DNA of 63,482 nt, the filler included, from Octopus bimaculoides (Eukaryota), in assembly GCF_001194135.2 (NCBI RefSeq). It is 7 parts of 7 records of this genome, joined end to end, with 100 filler letters (N's around TTAATTAATTAA, not from the genome) between each part and the next. Parts side by side here need not be neighbours in the genome. Positions count along the whole stretch, not along the records: positions 20,831 to 51,802 come from NC_068994.1; 6 more parts are not named here. One strand, given 5' to 3'. The translations under genes were made by a program, and so were the position numbers. Shown here piece by piece: positions 38,920-48,224 of the stretch (positions are counted from its first letter, which is position 1; each line of letters begins with the position of its first letter). Below the pieces are notes generated by a model, which saw nothing but the letters and a program-made list of their open reading frames with translations, searched no databases and had not been told where the DNA came from.

Positions 38920-38946
38920 TGTGGAATTACCACGGGTCCCGCTAGT
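38920..38946 (+). mobile_element. Possible Helitron-like 3' terminus
   Basis: CACGGGTCCCGCTAGT (GC-rich stretch then CTAG-T). No matching 5' end was identified. Confidence 0.25.
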
Positions 38947-39675
38947 ACAATATTCTTTTTATTTTGTCGGGTTGATGAATATTATGAATCGAGAATCAGT
39001 AGTCATGTGAAGGTGAGAGTAATAGTGGTCGCAAGGGTCTCTTAAAACAAATGATTCTATACAAGTAATAGCTTGACTTCTTAAAAAAACAAACAAGCTG
39101 TGTTTGCATGGATGGGCAAGCTCACATAGGTATATACAACATTCGTTATATATGCCTAAGCTATATATAACAAGTGTTATAACACTTGCAATCGTACAAT
39201 TTCCCGCTCCAAACACGAATCTTTAAACCAATGTCGGTGGATTCTTCACCAACTCCAAACGTTGTTTATTCAGCTGTTCGATCAAGTGAATTCCTACTTA
39301 TAAAATTAAAGTGCGAATGGTTGGGTATCCTTAACGTAATTGTGTCACCTTGACTTGGGGCAAGTTAGAGTGATAGAATATGACAAGAGTGGATCTTTGA
39401 AGTGCAGAAAGAAAAAAAATCGAGAGAGAACCACTTTACTAGCACTATATCGACTAGAAAGGATAAAACGCAAAGTTAATCTGGATGGCATTTGAACTCT
39501 GACAGCAGAGAGCCACAACATAAGATATTTTATTCGACGTTCTTCGGAATAATTCCCACTTGGCCGCTTTATTAACGACATAATTTTTTTAAAATTTTTG
39601 TTCTGAAACTCAATGAATTCCTAAATTCTGGTATTCATCAAGGTAGATAACTCCAACCGACCTATTGCCGCAGCA

Positions 39676-39818
39676 ATGGCGTCTTCCGCCGAGTCGAATC
39701 CGAGCAACACTGGTCAAGACTTTAGCGCCAGTCTCTTGATTTTAGCCAACTATTCTAACTTCTATTCGGTTATAACAGTCCTTGTTTGCTTTATTATTAC
39801 AGTTGTCTTCATACTCAG
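39676..39818 (+). CDS. CGRRF1: CGRRF1 exon 1 (MASSAES...TVVFIL)
   Basis: ATG at 39676, CAG|GTAATT donor, phase 2. Confidence 0.8.
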
Positions 39819-42800
39819 GTAATTCTATACACTCTTTTCCCAATAACCTGATGCAATTCTTTATTTTATTCCTTTAATATTTTCTTTCCTAAAAGAAAGA
39901 AACTATTTAACTTGGTAATCTTTACACTAAAACGAAAACTTGTTAGTATAACTGGCATCAAACCGAAACATTGTCAATTTGGATTGTTTTAAGAAAATAC
40001 TATCAGACGTAATACAACAACAACAACAACAACATGCCAGGTTCACTGCTGGCTTTCGTCTCCCAGCCGAAACAAAATCACTTTTCCGCTGTCTTTGAGA
40101 AATATATGAACATTGAATCAAATAATTTATGATTTTAATGAAATCCCAGGGGTTCTTGCCTCAAAATAAAGAGAATACAAAAATCATTCGCTACTGGCAT
40201 AGGGTGTGTCTAAAAGTATTTCATTAGATATTAAAATCGTGAATATCTCAGAAGATCCTGGATCGGAACAGAAGGAGAAATTGGGAAAATAGAATTTAAT
40301 GAAATAATAATAATAATTATTATTTTACCTTTCATTCTTTCGGGGTCGATAAATTAAATACTAGTGAAACATTGGGTCGATGTAATCGATTAGTCCCCTT
40401 TCCCAAGATTTCAGGCCTTGTGCCTTTAGTAGAAAGGATTATTGTTGCTGTTATTATTATTATTATTACCATTATTACTCGGTGGTGAGCTGGTGGAATT
40501 GTTAGCATGCCAGGCAAAATGCTTAGCAGTATTTTATCTGTTCTGAGTTCAAATTCTGCCAAGTTTGGTTTTGCTTTTCATCCTTTTGGGGTCAATAAAA
40601 TCAGAACCAGTTGGGCACTGGGGTTAATTAGATCGACTTACCCCCTTCCTGTTAAATTTGCTGGTCTTGTGTGTTAAAATTTGAAACTATTATTGTTGTT
40701 TTTGATGTTGCTGTTGTTAAGGTGGTGAGCTGGCAGAATTGTCCCTGCACTGAGCAAAATGCTTGTAAGCGTTTTGCCCATTTTTATGTCCTGAGTTCGA
40801 ATGTTGCCCAGGTTGACTTTGTCTTTCATCCTTTTAATGTTGATAAAAAACAAAAAAGATAAAGTACCAGTAAAATACTAGGGTCAGTGTAATCCCCCTC
40901 CCAAACATGTTAGCCTTGTGCCAGAATTTGATGCCAATATCTGTTGTTTGTGGAAGGTTTAAATGGTAAGCATAGCAACAGCAGAGGTGACCATATAAAG
41001 GTCACCTGCTGGCAGAATTGTTAGACCGTTGGACGAAATACCTTGCAACATTCTTTTTGGTTCTTTGTTTTGTATTTCTTTCCATTCTTCTTATAATTGT
41101 CTTCGAAAAAACAATTTTCAGCTTGGAAAAGGATGACTACTTTTAAAAGAGAAACAATTGAACTCCCCCCACCCCTCCACTGCTACTTAATTAATTCAGA
41201 ATTGTGTACAAATTATTGTAATATTTTGGGACATATCAACAAAAATCTTATGGGTTGCAGCAGATTTTAAAACAAGCCAAGAGAACAAGTGGAAGAATTT
41301 GAATTGTGATTCTTCATATTCTTGTGTATAAAATAGTTTGTTCCTTGTCAAATTTATTTTTGGTTAGTTTCAGGTATGGCTGTGTGCTAAAAAATTTGCT
41401 TCTCATCTACATGGTCCCAGGTTCAGTCCCACTTACCCATGGGAAGTGTTTTTTATTATAGCTTTGGGCTGGCCAAAACCTCGGGAATGGATTTGGTAAG
41501 TGGAAACTGAAAGAAGCCCTTCATAGATGTATGTGTGTCTGTGTTGTCCCTCACTGGTGTTGGTTTGGCTACATCCCTGTAACTTGGCAGTTTAGCAAAA
41601 AGATATTTGTTAGAACAGGTACCAGGCTTGTGAAAAAATAAACAATTACTGGGGTCAATTTGTTCAACTGAATTTCCTTAAGGCAGTACTCCAGTATGGC
41701 CTAATCTAATGACTAGAACTAGTAAAAGGCAAAAGATGTCCAATTACTTTGAGTTTAAATAGTGGCCAATGTTGTGTAAATTTCTTCAAACTCTTTGATT
41801 GACTGGTTTTAGTGTTTGGTGTTAAAAATTGAAATATGTTTTCTGTTTGTTAATCTGACTGTGGAATTGGTTAGGGTGAGCTGGGTTTGAGAAAGTAGAA
41901 TTTCTCTCTGATTATTTAGATTATAAATTGAATTGTTTACAATATTTTACCTCCTTTTTAGGTTAAATGGAGATCATATTGCATTCAGCTCATCTGTTGT
42001 TGTGAAACATGTTATTCCTGAGCAGCGAATGGTTGGAATTCAAACCCCTTTCTCGCTACAGATGGACCCTACAAAGAATAGCTCCTTACTCTGTAAGTAC
42101 ATCTTTTTTTCTTCTATTTCTATTGATTTTTGAAAATAAAAATTGCACTTTGGAGCTTGTCATGCTAATTGAAGCTAATTCACCAAGGATTGGTTCTCAA
42201 CCCCCTCTTGTTCTTCATAGTCCTCCAGGCCATAACAGAGGAATTTAAGACTAGCTGCACTTGGGAGTTCCTTTGTAATGATGACCTTGTTCATATAGCT
42301 GAATCACTACCTGAACTAGACACGAAATTTCAGGTGTGTAAGCAAGGTGTGGAATCAAAGGGCCTTAGAGTTAATTTAGCAAAGACCAAAGTCTTTGGAA
42401 ATAGGAAAACAGACAAATCACTGATCCCTTCAGGGAGATGGCCCTGTTTGATTTATAGAAAAGGTGTTGGTAGAAACTCCATAAGGTGTAACCAGTACAA
42501 GCTATGGACACATAAAAAATGCAGCAGTATCAGAGGAAGATTAACCGAGAAAGCAGTGTTTGTGTGTGGCAGATGTACAGGTACAATAAACGCTAGAAAT
42601 GTACAGAAAATAGACTAATTAGAAGTAGTGTATAGCTTCCATTACCTTGGTGACCAAGTCAGCAGTGGAGGAGGATGCTCTGAGAGTATAGCTACTAGAA
42701 TATAAGAATGGGGTGGGCAAAGTTCAGAGAGCTTCTACCTTTGTTGGTAACAAAGGACCACTTCCTCAGAGTGAAAGGCAGATTGTATGATGCCTGTGCA

Positions 42801-43899
42801 CGAACAACCATGGTACATAACAGTGAAATATAGGCTGTGAACACAGGACATGTAATGGCTTGAAAGAAATGAAGCTAGTATGCTTCACTGGACGTACAAT
42901 ATCAGTGTGCATGTATGACTGAGTGTAAGTGTGTTAAGAGAAAAACTGGGAATAAGAGGCATTCGATGTGCAAGAAAGAAGACTGCGCTGGTGTGGTCAT
43001 GTGAAGCATATGGATGAGGACAGCTGGATAAAGAAGTGCTAATCTCTAAGTGTGGAGGGAATCTGTGGAATTGGTAGAGTCAGGAAGAGATGGGATGATG
43101 TGGTGAAGCGTGACCTTCAGTTGTTGAACCTCACAAAGGCAATAAGCAAATGACTGAGAAAACATTTGGTAATTTGCTTGAGAAGACAATGTGAAGCTCA
43201 GAGAAATCATAGTAGTGGCCAGTGTTGGTGACATGTAAAAGGCGTCCAGTATACTCTGTGGAGTGGTGGACATTAGGAAGGGCATCCAGCCGTAGAGACC
43301 AGGCCAAAACAGATGACTGGAGCCTAGCACAGTTCTCTGGCTTACCAGCTCCAGTCAAACCGTTTAACCCAGCATGGAATATGGACATTAAATGATGATG
43401 ATGATGATGATGAGTACAACAATTTCTTTCATCTCAGATTTCTGTTTTGACTCTTTATTTTGACTCACTCTGTGTTTCTGGTGACTCTTATCTGACTTTA
43501 ATCTCTGCTCCTTCTCTGACTAATCCAGTTCATCCTCATCATCATCACTTTTACTGGTTGACACAGTGGACTGTATAGTCATTGATATACCTGGATTATA
43601 GATGTGAAGGTCATGGTTGGAACATTGAGGAAAGTTGTACTAGCTGAAAGATGACAACAATAGACAGAATTCTGTTTTCTTCCTTCTCTATTTCAGCTGG
43701 TTTACATTGTGTGGTTTCAAGTTTGGTGCCAAGTCGTCTGTATAGCTTCTGGGGTGTGAACATCCAGGCTCTTTACCAAGAGTTCCAGTTACCATGGCAA
43801 CAACTTCAGGAGCATATACACTCAGATAATTTCCTTGCTGGTTCATACGTTTGCAAAGATGAACCTCTCATGTATCCTTTTTAGTACATTACTATCTAT

Positions 43900-43946
<47 letters not shown>

Positions 43947-44053
43947 CACAAAGTAATATAATCATTATGAAGCCAAAACCCAGTTATGTATGAGATAGAG
44001 TCTAGTAATAAACTAAAGATTGGTTAAAGAGAGCTGCTAGGTAGATGATGTGG

Positions 44054-44097
<44 letters not shown>

Positions 44098-44272
44098 TAG
44101 AATAGAGACAGCTGATGAAGGGATATTCCAAGTGGCTTTCCGTTTTCCTATGTGTTCGTTCCGTTGTCTGTAGTTTATTGTTCTAACGTCCTGTACCCTG
44201 ATATGCATGTATATACACATGTAGATGTAAGTATGTACATATATGTGTGTATACATGTATATATATTCTTTG

Positions 44273-44307
<35 letters not shown>

Positions 44308-44753
44308 AATAATAGCAAGGGACACAACAAGTTTAGGATGGCGTCTCAGTAACTGGATTAACCAGTTATGTCCCTTGGAATAACTTTTACATCACCTGAC
44401 ACAGTTCTTTCCCTATTGATAACTTGTATATTGATGTTGCTATGTGGCTATATCTATATATCCTTCTCTATATCATGATACCTCTTTCTGATAATGTTTC
44501 TATATTTGGATATTCTCTGTGTGGCTTTATATCTGTATATGGTGAGAATGGGTGCCGGAGACTTGAATGGACAGTGACTTCTGCTATGAATTAACTTCAA
44601 ATGTTAAACAATGATTTCATTCTCCCTCTCTGTTCTCTCAGTTTGCTAATATTTGTAGTTTGTAGAAGGTTTAAGTGATAAGCAATGAGTAGAGTTGACC
44701 TTATCAAAGTTACACTTCTCCTATTCAGTTGAATTTGTATTTTATGTCTCATG

Positions 44754-44789
<36 letters not shown>

Positions 44790-45163
44790 GAGTTTGAATA
44801 CTTTCTTCTACTTTGCATGTGTTTATGTGTGTGTGTGTGTGTGAGTGTCTTTAAAACTATTTGCTCAGCAGAATCATTTGATCCCTTAACGTTGATTAAA
44901 GATTAGACTGTTGCAGTGAGAAGCAGCTTCATTTACCAACGCCACAAGCTATGGCAGATGTTTCCATGGCAGCCAACTCTAGGACCATCTACCCCGTCGT
45001 GCTGTTAAATGTCTCGCGCAATTCCACACATCCTACTGATGGAAGCGTCCAGGTGGTAAGTTATTACAATCATGAAAGCAGGATCTGATTGTTATTTTAA
45101 ATAATTACAGAAGCAATCATTTAAAATGTCACCCTCAAACAAAGGCATTTTCATATTAGTATC

Positions 45164-45196
<33 letters not shown>

Positions 45197-47645
45197 GGTG
45201 GTAAGCTGGCAGAGTTGTTAGCACACTGGACGAAATGCTTAGCAATATTTCACTTGTCACTACATTCTGAGTTCAAATTCCACTAAGGTCAACTTTGCCT
45301 TTCATCCTTTTAGGGTCGATAAACTAAGTACCAGTTATGCACTGGAGTTGATGTAATCGACTGTTGCTTTCTCCAGATTTCAGGCCTTGTACCTAGAGTA
45401 GAAAGGATTATTATTATTCATTCATTTATAAAAGGGTGTGAAGCTGGCAAAATTGTTAGCATGCTAAACAAAATGCTCAGTGATATTTCGTTCGTCTTTA
45501 TGTTCTGAGTTCAAATTCTGCTGAGGTCGACATTGCCTGTCATCCTTTCGGGGGGGGGGGGGTCAATAAAATAAGTACCAGTTATGCAATGAGGTTGATG
45601 TAATTGTCTGCCTTCCCCGTAACTTGCTGGCCTTGTACCAAAATTTGAAACCATTGTTGTTGTTGTTGTTGACCCCTAATATCAGCTTCTGTTGTACGGA
45701 TCGATGATGAAAGGCATCCACACTGTCTTCTTTCCGTGTATCTATTGCCACATTATTTCTTATAACCTTGAAGATGGTGGAGTGGGATTTCAGAAGAGAG
45801 AGATTGCCTGCCATTTCTAGCAGCTTGAGTGACTTGCTCTATCATCAAAAGCTGTCCTAGTCTCAGCCGTTGTGTCACCACCTTTTCAAGATGTTAGAGT
45901 ATAATTCGAGAGAGAGACATTTAGCTGCTATTTCTCGTTGTTGTAGCTACTATAGAGGCACCTTGGGTTAAAACGATGTAGCTACAGAGGTGGGGTGATG
46001 CTATTTTAAAAATATCTTTTCCCTTCATTTAATGTATCTGATGAGTTATAATCCGAATATTGTGCCCCCCCCCCTCCCCTTCTCTCAATAATCACTTTAC
46101 TATTCAAAAATAGGCATATATACAACATTCTCCCTCTTTTTTCATGTCAATTTCTCTCTCCCCCCCCCCCACTCCATTGAATATGAAGAACCGAATAATA
46201 AAGACTACTTCTTCATATATTTCAATGTTCAATAAATATCGAATTGTGTTGTGTGCTTCCTCCACCAGGTGGCGATGCTGAGTGCTATCCATTTAAAGGA
46301 TTCCGTTTGTAGTATGAACTCCTTCATTATCAACCAACACTTGAAAACCTACAACAACCAAATATTCAACCTTCAGGTGAGTCTAAAGTTTCTACCCCAC
46401 CCCCATTGTTAGGTTGACTGAAAGAAGGTAGACAAGGGGTGGAAGCCATCCCAGAGAGACACAGGACTGTCAGCTTAAACCAATGCCATGACAATGTTGC
46501 TGTTTCATGCCTCACAATCTAGCTGGAATTATAATCTCTAATAAACACCTTGTTTCCAGTTGTTTTCAATAGTGATGGCCATTGGCGTTTTTCAGTATTT
46601 GAATATCTCATTGGAAACCTTCCGAGCCCCATTAATTAGTGGCTGTGTTTTGTTGTTAATTTGTTAATCTCTCCTAATGAACACAAGCTTAATGCTGCAT
46701 TAGCTATTTGTGACTTATTCAACACATTGGCAACAAACACAGACCTTATCAGACTCGGTTTGATTCAGAGATTCCAGTTTGATGTGAGTTTGGAAGAGGG
46801 TTGGAATTGGTGTGTATCTATTGGTCTTGCTTCAGTGTCCATTGGAAACGGTCAATAATATGTTTTGGTCATAATCTGGAGTGGGATGAAGTGGAGTGAG
46901 AGTGGCAGTATAACTGGAGAGAGAGAGTGGCAGTGTAATGCGAGTGAGTGACAGTGTTACAGTGAGTGAGAGTTGTTTATATAAAAAGTATATCTGTGTC
47001 TAAACAATTGTATTGTTTTCTTTATAGCCCTTATTTATAGCATCATTGCCTGACGATGAAGGATCCCAGCAAACAACACACGTACCATCACCTACAGTTT
47101 CCCCAAAGCAGTCTTCAGAGAGTCCATTGACAGAGGATGTTAATACCAGTTCCTCCAGTACAACTGAAATGCCTTCTTCATCTGCATCTGGCATGAAAGA
47201 TGTCACAGCTTCTTCATCTGAAGGGGACTTAGCAGCAACAACAACAACAAACGCTGAGATGCAAGCATCTTCTGCTGTCTGTGACAAACCAGCCTCAACA
47301 GATTGCAATGAGAGTTCTACTCAAAACGACTGTATCATTTGTCAGTGTGAATCTATCAGCATGGTTCTGCTGCCATGTCGACATGCGTGCGTGTGCAGGA
47401 CTTGTTTTAGCAAGCTTGAACGTTGTCCCATGTGTCGTGAATATATACATTCCTACTTCTGTTTAGAAGATTCATTTCCCAGCTGTTACTCTTCAAATGC
47501 TACTTTGTCAACCTCTAGTCCAGTGCCTTATGCTGCAGGCCAAATGCATCGGCCTGCACCTCACATTCCCATGCAGAGACGCACACTGAAACAATGGCTG
47601 TTGCATGTGAATAATGTAGTAAATGAATATTTGGGATTCTGGTAA
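39676..47645 (+). CDS. CGRRF1: Cell growth regulator with RING finger domain 1 (CGRRF1)-like; six coding exons, 442 aa
   Basis: Exons of 143+131+175+154+108+618 = 1329 bp join in phase. N-terminal TM helix YSVITVLVCFIITVVFIL; motifs PFSL, YSFWGV, IYPVV, AIHL, PLFI; RING CIIC..LLPCRHACVCRTC..CPMC. Confidence 0.92.
40330..41060 (+). mobile_element. Cluster of SINE family B copies in CGRRF1 intron 1 (~40330-40440, 40481-40690, 40721-40935, partial 41005-41060)
   Basis: Family B A/B-box and core motifs with (ATT)/(GTT) spacers. Confidence 0.75.
41371..41735 (+). mobile_element. Degenerate full-length SINE family A in CGRRF1 intron 1
   Basis: Head, core GGATTTGGTAAGTGGAAACTGAAAGAAGCC, and tail ...CTCCAGTATGGC...AGTAAAAG. 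Confidence 0.75.
41962..42092 (+). CDS. CGRRF1: CGRRF1 exon 2
   Basis: TTTTTAG acceptor, GTAAGT donor, translation LNGDH...IQTPFSLQMD. Confidence 0.88.
42165..43413 (+). mobile_element. 5'-truncated RTE-type LINE with RT remnant, Cys-rich insert, 3' UTR and (GAT)n tail
   Basis: HQGLVLNPLL, FLCNDDLV (YADD-like), GLRVNLAKTK, C-x2-C/H zinc-finger-like segment, later RLRWCGHV; tail ends AAATGATGATG at 43390-43413. Confidence 0.88.
43697..43871 (+). CDS. CGRRF1: CGRRF1 exon 3, followed by a U12-type donor
   Basis: TTTCAG acceptor, translation SRLYSFWGVNIQALYQEF, donor AT|GTATCCTTT. Confidence 0.9.
43872..44901 (+). other. U12-type (minor spliceosome) GT-AG intron, 1030 bp
   Basis: 5' site GTATCCTTT; branch site CCCTTAAC at 44883-44890, about 12 nt before the AG at 44900-44901; no polypyrimidine tract; splicing preserves the frame. 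Confidence 0.85.
44902..45055 (+). CDS. CGRRF1: CGRRF1 exon 4
   Basis: Translation LDCCSEKQLHLP...SRTIYPVVLL; GTG|GTAAGT donor. Confidence 0.85.
45196..45655 (+). mobile_element. Two tandem SINE family B copies in CGRRF1 intron 4
   Basis: Family B motifs at 45196-45410 and 45433-45655, preceded by (ATT)n. Confidence 0.8.
46269..46376 (+). CDS. CGRRF1: CGRRF1 exon 5
   Basis: CCACCAG acceptor, translation VAMLSAIHLKD...IFNLQ, GTGAGT donor, 108 bp. Confidence 0.88.
47028..47645 (+). CDS. CGRRF1: CGRRF1 exon 6 (C3HC4 RING, stop)
   Basis: TTTATAG acceptor, in frame with ORF 47046-47645. Confidence 0.93.
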   Translation, partial: PLFIASLPDDEGSQQTTHVPSPTVSPKQSSESPLTEDVNTSSSSTTEMPSSSASGMKDVTASSSEGDLAATTTTNAEMQASSAVCDKPASTDCNESSTQNDCIICQCESISMVLLPCRHACVCRTCFSKLERCPMCREYIHSYFCLEDSFPSCYSSNATLSTSSPVPYAAGQMHRPAPHIPMQRRTLKQWLLHVNNVVNEYLGFW

Positions 47646-48187
47646 AACTTTGTTGTTTATTGCTTTCACATAAAGAACACTATTTCTGTCTTGAATTACT
47701 TTCTTGTCTATTGATGACTTGCAGACAAAGGAGACTTGAGGTTATTGTTTAAGATACTAATTATTATTATAATTCCTTCCAGCACATTTTCCTTCTTTTG
47801 CTTTCTCTACATATTTATCTCTCTTACATTCTCTTTCTTCTTCTTTCTCTCTCTCCTTTTCATCTTTCCTTAATTTTCTATTTTCCTCTGCTCCTTCTCT
47901 TTGTTTCATTGTCCCCGCCCCCCACCATTTCTCTAAGCTTGTCCAGTTCTTTCTCTTCTTTCTTGTCTTCTCTTAGTCATTGTATCTAAACCTTTCCACA
48001 GCAGCCAACTGTTTATAAACTGACCAGCAGAAACATGCTGTATCAGTGTCTTAAACATCAGTCAAATTGCTTTTAGCCGAGTCTTTCTCCACAATGCAAC
48101 ATGCTGTTTCTTGGCCCATTATTTTAAAGGTTCTTCTCATGTGGTTTTTCATTTGTCTTGATTTTTTTTACAGGGTGTACATATATA

Positions 48188-48224
<37 letters not shown>

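Noticed and set aside
47000-47308. 102-aa minus-strand ORF
   Set aside because: Antisense shadow of CGRRF1 exon 6.
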